A stretch of 64,000 nucleotides of DNA from TPA_inf: Saccharomyces. Taxonomy: Eukaryota. Positions 1 through 10,397 of the stretch are shown one piece after another; the first letter of the stretch is position 1, and each line of letters begins with the position of its first letter. The stretch lies in NCBI GenBank assembly GCA_000146045.2, contig BK006946.2, positions 64,001 through 128,000 of the forward strand, given 5' to 3'. The notes under the pieces are model-generated. The model was not told the origin of the DNA. It saw nothing but the letters and a program-made list of their open reading frames with translations, and searched no databases. Made by a program: the position numbers and the translations under genes.

Positions 1-3000
1 AAAATTTGTCTGACTCTTACTTGGTTCGTTCCAACTACGGTCAGCTTTTAAAACTATATCTAATAACGGAATATCATAACCGAAATTCTCATTTTCGTTT
101 ATTCTGGATAATGGAATTTTTTGGAACGACTGAAGCTCTAAACTGGGCCATTTCTCTTTAAATTTTAAGTTTAATTCATCATGAAAAGTTTTATTGAACC
201 CATCAATTTGGAAGAAATGATGAACTAATTCAAACAAGTCTTCCTGATTCAAAAAATTTAAAATTTCCGAGTTTGAATCAGTGGAGTTGTAAATACACAA
301 CGCAAATATTTCTACAATCCTTGAGATCAATTTGTATTTCTTAATCAAAGAAACAGTTTCGTCACGAGTCAAATTTTCCTTTTTCTGAAATAATTTTTTT
401 GAGTCCTTCAACTTAGCCAATAAGGAATTCACAAATTTAGGATCTTTTATGAATATTTTAGAATTTGTCCAAGTGTTTAAAACATATGTTATCGTTTCTA
501 ATAACTTGCAACTTACTTCTTCAGGCGTTGAATCTAATAGTAAAGAATTCTTTTGCAAAACAGTTAATATAGAACTCTTTTTGTCTATGGAGGATTCGTC
601 ATTAATTTTTTTATTGGAGGCAAATTGACCTGTTAAGAAGAGGATAGATAACCCATCTTGTTTACTTTCTAATAGGGTAGTAAAAAAAATGTACAAACTT
701 CGGAGAAGGTTCCAATCTTGCACTGGAGAGCTCAGGTCCGACAGGACTTCTTTCAAAAATGCCATTGACTTTGCTTCACCAAGGAAAGATAACAGAAATG
801 GATAGTCGTCATTCCAAGGAGCCTCTACTAAATAGCTTAACAACTCTATGATCTGCACTTTGAAATGAACATAACTTGGTAGGGTATAAACGTCAACCAA
901 TTTTGATGAATTTATGAAAAGCAATTTTTCCAGGTTGCTTGGCTTTAAATCACGATTGCTACCTCGAATAGCGATCAAAAGCGTGCACAGCTTGAAGGAG
1001 TTATTCATTACCTTGCTATATAAATTACCCAAAATTTTGTCGCCTAAAATTTTTGTTGTGGTATTCAATGGTGAAATCAGAATATTCGTCAAAGTATTTG
1101 GAGCCAAATCAATGGAATCCATGGGAGTCAAAAATAACTGCAACAATTTGTTTGCTGACGAGGAAATGATTAACTGATCCTTTTGATGTGGATTTATGGT
1201 GAAAACGTCATGAAGTACATCATAAAAAATTAATGTCAAATGGAAGGCAATTTCGAATTTTTGTAAGAAGTTGTTGTACTTCCAGTTGTAATAACTCTCA
1301 AAGATATGAATTGCATGTAGAATCAACTTATTAATAATATCAATTTTACTTCTCTTGGAAATATGGATATTTTTCAATGAGAGAGATTCTCGAATAAAGA
1401 CTTTTGTTAGCTTAAGCAATTGGATAGTGAATGTGTAATCCCCCGTAGATAATTCAACCGAACCGAGTATCATATTGGAAAGACCAGTCTTACCATATTT
1501 GTCTAACAAATCCGATTTGTTCAAGTAAGAAGAAACAAGATGAAGGTAATTCGGTGTCAGCATAGTCATAAATTCACAACATTGTACAATTGAGGTATAA
1601 TCTTTTCTTTGTAGTGATATTTCAAAAATCTCGAAAATTACTTGGATAATCGACGCTCCATTTATGGTGCTGGCTGAAGTATCCAGAGAATTTGATAAAT
1701 ATGACAGAATTTCACTAGATTTCTCGATCGAGGTTTTCGGATCGACAACGTTAGTGACTAACTTTATTATGGATATCATCAATTCATGTTGTAAGTCATC
1801 CAGTTGTGTACCCTTTTCCATATATGAATGTAATAGATTTTGCAATATTCTACCCACCAAAGACCAACCATTGAATTTGTAAAGGAAAATAATCAAATTG
1901 GAAGTAGTTGGCGGCTGTTGTCCATTCTGTTGTTGTTGTTGTTGTTGTTGTTGTTTGATAGTAAGAATTTTTCCCTTTGTTGATTTTGGTATTGACAAGA
2001 GACAATTAGAGTTTTCGTTTTCTAAGGGTGGCGCCACTAGTAAATCAGACTTCAACTCTATCAAATCAGGCACTATAATATCGGAGGATGAAGAAGAGTT
2101 TGTTATTGTATCAGCAATTAAGTCATAATCCAAATCGTTCAAACTACTTTTGGTAACAGCAAATGAACATATATCTTTTAATTCAAAATTGGCAAACTCG
2201 GTATCAATTAAGGCTAAATTAATTAGCGGGATCAGTGATTCGTTCAATAGGGGCAATTTAGCCTTTATGATGCTCAATTTTTTCTCAAAAGTGTCATTAG
2301 TTAAGAAATTCTCAATGAACTGCTCTGGTGCCTTTGAAATTATCTTGGCGAAAACCCGGGAAGTAGATGCAGTTATAGGAATAAAATTTAAAGAAAACTC
2401 CAAAAATACTGTTATTACTGTGGTGTAAACAGGATCAAAGGATAGAATTTCTGAGAGAGTATTCAATTTTTGAAGAACATCATGTGATTCAGCAAACAGA
2501 GCAAATTTCGTTATGTCTGAATCATCAAATGATTCCGACGATTGTAATGCTCGCCTATAATAAAGTATAAATGACCAGGAGTAATGAATCATTGGATGGA
2601 AAATGGGGTCCTCGTTGACGATATTGGTTGCTACATCATTCTCTAGAGCGCTATTGACGGTGTCGAAAGTTTCTGTATCCATGTACAAAGGTGACTGAAT
2701 ATCAAATTGCGCGATTGAAGTGTTCAGTCCAAGTATCAATATAGTTGTGATAGTAAATAAAGATGAAATCCTGGAAATAAGCGTTTCTGAGAGGTAACTG
2801 AGGTCTTGGAAATTCTGAAACTTGTACAATTGTAGTGACGAGGTATCTATACTCTTGTCTGTTGAATTTATATTTCTGCAAAATTCAACAAATTGATTTT
2901 GATACTGTAGAAACCATTGATTGACGATATCTACTGGTACTTTTGTGTTGAGGATCATTAAATTCAAAATTTGTAATATCTGCAAGATAAACTTCAAATC

Positions 3001-3549
3001 AGAAAATTTTTTTAACTGCACCAATGAGACAATTGTGAACATGTCTTGATCGTTATTATAATCATGTGCTAAAGATGAAGCTGTAATAATGTCGTAGTTC
3101 TGGATTACAGATGATATTATAGAAATCAATTTCCCCACTACATTGAATCTATCGTTGTCAATAAATGAATATGTCTCGAGGTCGATGTCAGGGTTAACGA
3201 GAAGTGAGTATACTATATGAAGTCTAGATGATCTCTCAGACATAAAGAATTCTACAGCATGAGAAAGGTCCTCAGATTGAGCAAAGAATGGATCATTATC
3301 GACGTTTATTTGCAATAAGTTTGCAATTGTAGAGCGTAACTTGTTATGATCGCCGGAAGAAGTTACATTCTGCCTTATTGTGTTCAGACTCTCGATAAGA
3401 TTTGTCTTGTTAGCTTTCAAAAACTGTCTTATTTGGGCCAATTGCTTGGCATCCACAGCGGATACATCAGCAGCAGCATCGTTCATAAAATTAGCAACAT
3501 GAGTGAAGGTCAATTGTGGAGAGGAATTGCCAAATGAAGGTGTAGCCAT
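1..3549 (-). CDS. NUP188: Nucleoporin Nup188, N-terminal ~1180 codons; the C-terminal part lies beyond the window start. The ATG is at 3549 on the minus strand.
   Basis: I translated the minus strand by hand from 3549: MATPSFGNSSPQLTFTHVANFMNDAAADVSAVDAKQLAQIRQFLKANK... It stays open to position 1. It contains a (CAA)9 tract encoding polyQ at about 1928-1955. I recognise this as yeast Nup188 (YML103C) from memory. The ORF track omits it because the ORF is truncated by the window edge. Confidence 0.88.
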   Translation of the reverse strand, partial: MATPSFGNSSPQLTFTHVANFMNDAAADVSAVDAKQLAQIRQFLKANKTNLIESLNTIRQNVTSSGDHNKLRSTIANLLQINVDNDPFFAQSEDLSHAVEFFMSERSSRLHIVYSLLVNPDIDLETYSFIDNDRFNVVGKLISIISSVIQNYDIITASSLAHDYNNDQDMFTIVSLVQLKKFSDLKFILQILQILNLMILNTKVPVDIVNQWFLQYQNQFVEFCRNINSTDKSIDTSSLQLYKFQNFQDLSYLSETLISRISSLFTITTILILGLNTSIAQFDIQSPLYMDTETFDTVNSALENDVATNIVNEDPIFHPMIHYSWSFILYYRRALQSSESFDDSDITKFALFAESHDVLQKLNTLSEILSFDPVYTTVITVFLEFSLNFIPITASTSRVFAKIISKAPEQFIENFLTNDTFEKKLSIIKAKLPLLNESLIPLINLALIDTEFANFELKDICSFAVTKSSLNDLDYDLIADTITNSSSSSDIIVPDLIELKSDLLVAPPLENENSNCLLSIPKSTKGKILTIKQQQQQQQQQNGQQPPTTSNLIIFLYKFNGWSLVGRILQNLLHSYMEKGTQLDDLQHELMISIIKLVTNVVDPKTSIEKSSEILSYLSNSLDTSASTINGASIIQVIFEIFEISLQRKDYTSIVQCCEFMTMLTPNYLHLVSSYLNKSDLLDKYGKTGLSNMILGSVELSTGDYTFTIQLLKLTKVFIRESLSLKNIHISKRSKIDIINKLILHAIHIFESYYNWKYNNFLQKFEIAFHLTLIFYDVLHDVFTINPHQKDQLIISSSANKLLQLFLTPMDSIDLAPNTLTNILISPLNTTTKILGDKILGNLYSKVMNNSFKLCTLLIAIRGSNRDLKPSNLEKLLFINSSKLVDVYTLPSYVHFKVQIIELLSYLVEAPWNDDYPFLLSFLGEAKSMAFLKEVLSDLSSPVQDWNLLRSLYIFFTTLLESKQDGLSILFLTGQFASNKKINDESSIDKKSSILTVLQKNSLLLDSTPEEVSCKLLETITYVLNTWTNSKIFIKDPKFVNSLLAKLKDSKKLFQKKENLTRDETVSLIKKYKLISRIVEIFALCIYNSTDSNSEILNFLNQEDLFELVHHFFQIDGFNKTFHDELNLKFKEKWPSLELQSFQKIPLSRINENENFGYDIPLLDIVLKADRSWNEPSKSQTNF

Positions 3550-3762
3550 GGCTGATGGGGTCCTTTTTTTAGCGGTGGAAAGGGTTATCTCTTTATTTGT
3601 GTTTCTGTTCGAATATTAAAGATGTCTCAAAGTATTCATTTCAAGAAGAAAATTTTTGGTATTACAAAATATTCTTACCCGGAATATATACATATATACC
3701 TTAACTACAAGCAGGAGCCGGCTTTCTGGCAAGGAGGGAGAAGACATAGATTGTTTGCGTAT

Positions 3763-3940
3763 ATATGTGGGAATAGCGTCCAAGCACGCCCGTGGCTGAG
3801 GGAGCACCACGATCGTTCGGTGTACTTGACACCTCTATATGGTATGTTCTTCCCTGATATTGATATCAGCACAATTACGGCTCTAAGAAACGATGAATAT
3901 AAAAAACGTTAATTAGGAATTTGACATATGTGCTAGTATT
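3763..3940 (-). ncRNA. Candidate box H/ACA snoRNA, possibly SNR85 (which guides an 18S rRNA pseudouridine). It lies in the divergent NUP188-CAC2 intergenic region.
   Basis: The region 3551-4293 is non-coding; the two small ORFs there look spurious. On the minus strand an H-box hexamer AGAACA (3850-3845) follows a palindromic hairpin (CTGATATCAATATCAG, 3869-3854). A 12-bp GC-rich stem follows: GTCAAGTACACC at 3830-3819 pairs with GGCGTGCTTGGAC at 3790-3778, with one bulge, one mismatch and one G-U pair. It ends in ...CCC ACA TAT, with the ACA at 3768-3766 three nt from the putative 3' end. A TATA-like TAAATAAAAA lies upstream on the same strand (about 4011-4030). My recollection that SNR85 maps to this intergenic region is unverified. 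Confidence 0.4.
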
Positions 3941-4293
3941 CGGGCCCCTGAGCAAGTTTGTGCGCACGACGCCTGTCCGTTGCTGCACATGCTTGCGTGG
4001 GGCCTTTTTGTCGTGTTTTTATTTAGGGACTGTTATCGAAGGAATAGATTTCTGTGGTGAAAAGTAGAAAACTACTAGCTTTTATAGACGGTGGGGGAGA
4101 AAAAGGAAAATTAGAATTGAAAAAAATTTGAAAAAATATGAAAATGTGAAAAGGACGCCTTATTTCCTTGGGTTGCCCGGCGAACACGTTAGTTAACTCG
4201 CTGTCTAACTGATGGGCTATTATTATAGCGTTATAGTACGTATCAGAATTTAAAAGAAGGAGGCAGAAAAGCTTAGAGCAAAGGGGCAGGACA

Positions 4294-5700
4294 ATGGAAG
4301 CTTCACATTTGCAAATCTACTGGCATGATTCACAACCCGTTTACTCGCTCACATTCCAAAAGAACAGTGCGAACGACAAGCTTTTCACCGCTGGTGGTGA
4401 TAACAAGGTTAGGATATGGAAGTTGAACAGAGATGAAAACGGACAAAATGGGGGGGTGCGTAAGATTGAAAGCCTTGACTTTCTTGGCTCGCTGACGCAT
4501 CACGAACAGGCCATAAATGTAATCCGATTCAACTCGAAGGGTGACGTACTGGCGTCTGCGGGCGATGACGGCCAAGTGCTGCTATGGAAGCAAGAAGATC
4601 CAAATACACAGCAAGAATCTGTGGTCAGACCATTCGGAATGGATGCGGAGACTAGTGAAGCAGACGAGAACAAGGAGAAATGGGTTGTGTGGAAACGGCT
4701 GCGTGGTGGTAGCGGTGCTACTGCGGCGGCAGAGATTTACGATCTAGCGTGGTCACCTGATAACAGGAACATAGTGGTGGCATGTATGGACAATTCGATA
4801 CGACTGTTCGATGTTGGAGCTGGGATGCTGGTATGCGGCCAGTCGGATCATGGTCACTACGTCCAAGGTGTTGCATGGGACCCATTAAATCAGTTTATTC
4901 TCTCACAGTCTGCGGACCGGTCTCTGCATGTATATGGAGTCATTCTTTCATCTGCAGGAGTGGTTACAGGGCTGAAACTTAGAAGTAAGATTGCCAAGGC
5001 AGAACTGCCTTGTCCAGGTGATGTCCTGAGGACAAATTACCTTTTTCACAACGAGACGCTACCTTCATTCTTTAGGCGATGCAGCATATCGCCTTGTGGT
5101 GGTTTGGTCGTAATTCCCAGTGGTGTGTATAAGGTGGCTGGTGATGAAGTCGCGAACTGCGTATACGTGTATACTAGATCTGGAATACTGAACAGCGCTG
5201 GTGGCGTTAAAAACCGGCCTGCGATTAGAATCCCATCTTTGAAGAAACCAGCGCTGATGGCGGCTTTCTCGCCCGTATTTTACGAAACGTGCCAGAAGAG
5301 TGTGCTTAAGCTGCCCTATAAGCTAGTATTTGCCATAGCAACGACTAACGAAGTACTCGTGTACGACACGGATGTATTGGAGCCGTTATGCGTTGTGGGA
5401 AATATACATTACTCACCCATAACTGATTTAGCATGGTCTGAGGATGGCTCGACCCTACTAATCTCATCAACAGACGGATTCTGTTCGTATGTATCGATCG
5501 ACACAGAAACGCAATTCGGTTCAAGGATAGAGCCGCCAGCGATGCATGCAGAGCCACTAGACACTGACGAGAGCGCGGTAGCGGCTAAGAACCAGCGCGA
5601 GGCAGGTGGGATCGTGAACATGCTGCCGGTGAAGAAGATCCCCTGCAATAGTAGCGATAGTAAAAAGAGGCGCATACATCCTACGCCAGTCGATTTGTGA
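4294..5700 (+). CDS. CAC2: Chromatin assembly factor I p60 subunit, a WD40-repeat protein of 468 aa.
   Basis: Intact 468-aa ORF with WD-repeat motifs ([31 protein letters not shown]). Its length and its position after NUP188 match YML102W. Confidence 0.9.
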
Positions 5701-5734
5701 TTTTTAATATATTTAATGCGGTACATAAGAATGC

Positions 5735-6088
5735 CTAATCTAGTTTGCCAGCGAAGATATTTTCCATTGTGTGCTCAATGGACCCTGTGTTCCTGAGATC
5801 TTGCACGACTTTTTCCTGAGGCACATGTGGCGCCATCGTCATCACGATTTCAACCATGTCACTATTAACGGCTCTCTTTCGATCACTACCATGTCTGTTT
5901 AACCGAGCAACGCGTTCCTCCGGAGCCGATGGTACTGGCTCCGGAGAAGGGTCGTTGGTGGCGACCGAGGGCGCCGGTTTGGCATCCTGTACGGTTCGCG
6001 AGGGTACTTGCTTGGCGCCCCTGTGTTTCACGGTGTAAACAAACAAGCACACCATCGTCAGTATAAACACTATAGTCGATCCATCCAT
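5735..6088 (-). CDS. CUE4: Small ER membrane protein with a C-terminal CUE (ubiquitin-binding) domain, 117 aa.
   Basis: 117-aa ORF with an N-terminal hydrophobic segment ([13 protein letters not shown]) and a C-terminal CUE-like motif ([35 protein letters not shown]). The length matches YML101C. Confidence 0.82.
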
Positions 6089-6245
6089 TTTTACTTTTGT
6101 GCGCGTGGGTAGCCGTGCCTCGTCTGTGTGTGTGGGAATGTATAAATGTGTCCCGAGTTATTATTCTAAAGCGGGCACCATTGTAGTAACTTATTGCGAA
6201 ATTTCTGCTCTTCTCGTCTCGCTCAAAAATCGCGTTCAGGGTAAA

Positions 6246-6463
6246 AGGGGCGAAACAGAGGGCCAGATAGAAATTTCGAGAAAAGCGGGTCACCCCGCCC
6301 CTGCATTTTGATATGGCGTATTTGGGATTGCTTGCTCGAAAGTGTCTAAGTCCGGCTGGCGGGCCTGGCGCCCTCGCCGAAGGGAGATAGGAAGGGGCGG
6401 GGGTCCGGGCAGCGGCTATGGTGTCAGTTACCTAGGGAAGGAGAAGGGGGTAGAACCAAGGGG
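6246..6463. promoter_or_regulatory. Cluster of five stress-response elements (STRE, AGGGG/CCCCT) in a GC-rich island shared by the divergent CUE4 and TSL1 promoters.
   Basis: AGGGG at 6246-6250, 6393-6397, 6445-6449 and 6459-6463; CCCCT at 6298-6302. These lie 160-380 bp upstream of the TSL1 ATG at 6624. TSL1 is an Msn2/Msn4-induced gene, which is established knowledge. Confidence 0.5.
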
Positions 6464-6623
6464 CTAGCACACTCACCCTGGGGCCCCCGTCTAGCCAAGC
6501 TTAAATATAAATACTAATGTAACTATAAATATAAGGATCTACCGTGTCATTGCACATCCACCCACCCGTCGATTAAAAAACCAAACAAAGCAAAGAATAC
6601 AATAGCAACGCAAGATCAACACA

Positions 6624-9600
6624 ATGGCTCTCATCGTGGCATCTTTGTTTTTGCCCTACCAACCACAATTCGAGCTTGACACCTCTCTCCCTGAGAACTC
6701 GCAGGTGGACTCATCTCTCGTGAACATCCAGGCTATGGCCAATGACCAACAGCAACAACGTGCGCTTTCTAACAACATCTCACAGGAATCATTGGTCGCG
6801 CCAGCACCAGAACAAGGTGTCCCCCCAGCAATCTCAAGGAGTGCCACCAGGTCACCCAGTGCTTTCAACCGCGCCTCGTCTACGACAAATACTGCCACTT
6901 TAGATGATCTTGTCTCTTCGGACATATTCATGGAAAACTTGACTGCGAATGCAACTACCTCACATACGCCAACAAGCAAGACTATGCTTAAACCCCGGAA
7001 AAATGGTTCCGTGGAACGATTCTTCTCCCCTTCTTCCAATATTCCCACGGATCGCATCGCATCGCCAATCCAGCATGAGCATGACTCCGGTTCGAGAATT
7101 GCTTCGCCAATCCAACAGCAACAGCAGGACCCCACGACCAACTTATTAAAGAACGTCAACAAGTCATTGTTAGTGCACTCACTGTTGAACAACACCTCAC
7201 AAACTAGCCTAGAAGGACCCAACAACCACATTGTTACCCCGAAATCGAGGGCGGGCAACAGGCCTACTTCGGCGGCTACTTCTTTAGTTAATAGGACCAA
7301 ACAAGGTTCGGCCTCCTCTGGATCTTCTGGGTCTTCTGCGCCACCTTCCATTAAAAGGATTACGCCCCACTTGACTGCGTCTGCTGCAAAACAGCGTCCC
7401 TTATTGGCTAAACAGCCTTCTAATCTGAAATATTCGGAGTTAGCAGATATTTCGTCGAGTGAGACGTCTTCGCAGCATAATGAGTCGGACCCGGATGATC
7501 TAACTACTGCCCCTGACGAGGAATATGTTTCTGATTTGGAAATGGATGACGCGAAGCAGGACTACAAGGTTCCAAAGTTCGGCGGCTATTCCAATAAATC
7601 TAAACTTAAGAAATATGCGCTGTTAAGGTCATCTCAGGAGCTGTTTAGCCGTCTTCCATGGTCGATCGTTCCCTCTATCAAAGGTAATGGCGCCATGAAG
7701 AACGCCATAAACACTGCAGTCTTGGAGAATATCATTCCGCACCGTCATGTTAAGTGGGTCGGTACCGTCGGAATCCCAACGGATGAGATTCCGGAAAATA
7801 TCCTTGCGAACATCTCTGACTCTTTAAAAGACAAGTACGACTCCTATCCTGTCCTTACGGACGACGACACCTTCAAAGCCGCATACAAAAACTACTGTAA
7901 ACAAATCTTGTGGCCTACGCTGCATTACCAGATTCCAGACAATCCGAACTCGAAGGCTTTTGAAGATCACTCTTGGAAGTTCTATAGAAACTTAAACCAA
8001 AGGTTTGCGGACGCGATCGTTAAAATCTATAAGAAAGGTGACACCATCTGGATTCATGATTACCATTTAATGCTGGTTCCGCAGATGGTGAGAGACGTCT
8101 TGCCTTTTGCCAAAATAGGATTTACCTTACATGTCTCGTTCCCCAGTAGTGAAGTGTTTAGGTGTCTGGCTCAGCGTGAGAAGATCTTAGAAGGCTTGAC
8201 CGGTGCAGACTTTGTCGGCTTCCAGACGAGGGAGTATGCAAGACATTTCTTACAGACGTCTAACCGTCTGCTAATGGCGGACGTGGTACATGATGAAGAG
8301 CTAAAGTATAACGGCAGAGTCGTTTCTGTGAGGTTCACCCCAGTTGGTATCGACGCCTTTGATTTGCAATCGCAATTGAAGGATGGAAGTGTCATGCAAT
8401 GGCGTCAATTGATTCGTGAAAGATGGCAAGGGAAAAAACTAATTGTGTGTCGTGATCAATTCGATAGAATTAGAGGTATTCACAAGAAATTGTTGGCTTA
8501 TGAAAAATTCTTGGTCGAAAATCCGGAATACGTGGAAAAATCGACTTTAATTCAAATCTGTATTGGAAGCAGTAAGGATGTAGAACTGGAGCGCCAGATC
8601 ATGATTGTCGTGGATAGAATCAACTCGCTATCCACCAATATTAGTATTTCTCAACCTGTGGTGTTTTTGCATCAAGATCTAGATTTTTCTCAGTATTTAG
8701 CTTTGAGTTCAGAGGCAGATTTGTTCGTAGTCAGCTCTCTAAGGGAAGGTATGAACTTGACATGTCACGAATTTATCGTTTGTTCTGAGGACAAAAATGC
8801 TCCCCTACTGTTGTCAGAATTTACTGGTAGTGCATCTTTATTGAATGATGGCGCTATAATAATTAACCCATGGGATACCAAGAACTTCTCACAAGCCATT
8901 CTCAAGGGGTTGGAGATGCCATTCGATAAGAGAAGGCCACAGTGGAAGAAATTGATGAAAGACATTATCAACAACGACTCTACAAACTGGATCAAGACTT
9001 CTTTACAAGATATTCATATTTCGTGGCAATTCAATCAAGAAGGTTCCAAGATCTTCAAATTGAATACAAAAACACTGATGGAAGATTACCAGTCATCTAA
9101 AAAGCGTATGTTTGTTTTCAACATTGCTGAACCACCTTCATCGAGAATGATTTCCATACTGAATGACATGACTTCTAAGGGCAATATCGTTTACATCATG
9201 AACTCATTTCCAAAGCCCATTCTGGAAAATCTTTACAGTCGTGTGCAAAACATTGGGTTGATTGCCGAGAATGGTGCATACGTTAGTCTGAACGGTGTAT
9301 GGTACAACATTGTTGATCAAGTCGATTGGCGTAACGATGTAGCCAAAATTCTCGAGGACAAAGTGGAGAGATTACCTGGCTCGTACTACAAGATAAATGA
9401 GTCCATGATCAAGTTCCACACTGAAAATGCGGAAGATCAAGATCGTGTAGCTAGTGTTATCGGTGATGCCATCACACATATCAATACTGTTTTTGACCAC
9501 AGAGGTATTCATGCCTACGTTTACAAAAACGTTGTTTCCGTACAACAAGTGGGACTTTCCTTATCGGCAGCTCAATTTCTTTTCAGATTCTATAATTCTG

Positions 9601-9920
9601 CTTCGGATCCACTGGATACGAGTTCCGGCCAAATCACAAATATTCAGACACCATCTCAACAAAATCCTTCAGATCAAGAACAACAACCTCCAGCCTCTCC
9701 CACTGTGTCGATGAACCATATTGATTTCGCATGTGTCTCTGGTTCATCGTCTCCTGTGCTTGAACCATTGTTCAAATTGGTCAATGATGAAGCAAGTGAA
9801 GGGCAAGTAAAAGCCGGACACGCCATTGTTTATGGTGATGCTACTTCTACTTATGCCAAAGAACATGTAAATGGGTTAAACGAACTTTTCACGATCATTT
9901 CAAGAATCATTGAAGATTAA
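6624..9920 (+). CDS. TSL1: Trehalose-6-phosphate synthase/phosphatase complex large regulatory subunit, 1098 aa.
   Basis: 1098-aa ORF. It has a Ser/Thr/Gln-rich N-terminus, then a glycosyltransferase-20 (TPS-like) domain (WIHDYHLMLVP...) and a TPP-like C-terminal domain. The length matches YML100W. Confidence 0.92.
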   Translation: MALIVASLFLPYQPQFELDTSLPENSQVDSSLVNIQAMANDQQQQRALSNNISQESLVAPAPEQGVPPAISRSATRSPSAFNRASSTTNTATLDDLVSSDIFMENLTANATTSHTPTSKTMLKPRKNGSVERFFSPSSNIPTDRIASPIQHEHDSGSRIASPIQQQQQDPTTNLLKNVNKSLLVHSLLNNTSQTSLEGPNNHIVTPKSRAGNRPTSAATSLVNRTKQGSASSGSSGSSAPPSIKRITPHLTASAAKQRPLLAKQPSNLKYSELADISSSETSSQHNESDPDDLTTAPDEEYVSDLEMDDAKQDYKVPKFGGYSNKSKLKKYALLRSSQELFSRLPWSIVPSIKGNGAMKNAINTAVLENIIPHRHVKWVGTVGIPTDEIPENILANISDSLKDKYDSYPVLTDDDTFKAAYKNYCKQILWPTLHYQIPDNPNSKAFEDHSWKFYRNLNQRFADAIVKIYKKGDTIWIHDYHLMLVPQMVRDVLPFAKIGFTLHVSFPSSEVFRCLAQREKILEGLTGADFVGFQTREYARHFLQTSNRLLMADVVHDEELKYNGRVVSVRFTPVGIDAFDLQSQLKDGSVMQWRQLIRERWQGKKLIVCRDQFDRIRGIHKKLLAYEKFLVENPEYVEKSTLIQICIGSSKDVELERQIMIVVDRINSLSTNISISQPVVFLHQDLDFSQYLALSSEADLFVVSSLREGMNLTCHEFIVCSEDKNAPLLLSEFTGSASLLNDGAIIINPWDTKNFSQAILKGLEMPFDKRRPQWKKLMKDIINNDSTNWIKTSLQDIHISWQFNQEGSKIFKLNTKTLMEDYQSSKKRMFVFNIAEPPSSRMISILNDMTSKGNIVYIMNSFPKPILENLYSRVQNIGLIAENGAYVSLNGVWYNIVDQVDWRNDVAKILEDKVERLPGSYYKINESMIKFHTENAEDQDRVASVIGDAITHINTVFDHRGIHAYVYKNVVSVQQVGLSLSAAQFLFRFYNSASDPLDTSSGQITNIQTPSQQNPSDQEQQPPASPTVSMNHIDFACVSGSSSPVLEPLFKLVNDEASEGQVKAGHAIVYGDATSTYAKEHVNGLNELFTIISRIIED

Positions 9921-10397
9921 ATTTTACCATTTTAAAATTTTAATTTTCTTGGGTATGAACTTTTATTTTCAACTGCTTATTATATATCAATTCTATAAAT
10001 TTTTTTCTTCTCTCTAACGACCAATTATAAAATTCATCCTCTTATTTATTACAGCATCTTATACATTATGTATATGGGTAGCTATTATTCATTTTTGCTT
10101 CGTAAGGTCTTTTTTTGTCAACTTTTTCATCCTAAGCGGCTAAAAGTGATTGGAGAGGAATGTCCAGGCGACCAATGATAAAAACGCTTTCTCTTGGAAC
10201 AAGAAATAGGAGCAATTGACAGTTGTCGATGAACAGCGAAAATAGTAAGATAACCTTCAAGCCCAATATTCTAATTAAAGGCGTTTATATATTTGTACTT
10301 TATGGTATGTGCATATGTATTGTAAAGAATTATTTCAAGACACAGCTCTTCCAGCTACTGGCTCCGGCTATTCATGAAAAATCCAAAAATAACATAT

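Noticed and set aside
1898-2128. Plus-strand ORF with a poly-Cys run (CCPFCCCCCCCC).
   Set aside because: It is antisense to NUP188 and is generated by the (CAA)9 polyQ codon repeat read in another frame.
3616-3912. Two short overlapping ORFs (64 aa on the minus strand, 96 aa on the plus strand) between NUP188 and CAC2.
   Set aside because: No codon-usage or homology signal. The region is better explained by the candidate H/ACA snoRNA and promoter sequence.
6656-7351. 231-aa minus-strand ORF inside the TSL1 N-terminal region. Similar antisense ORFs lie in HMG1 (51936-52370), ARG81, RPM2 and TCB3.
   Set aside because: They are embedded antisense in well-supported genes, with biased composition from codon-repeat regions.
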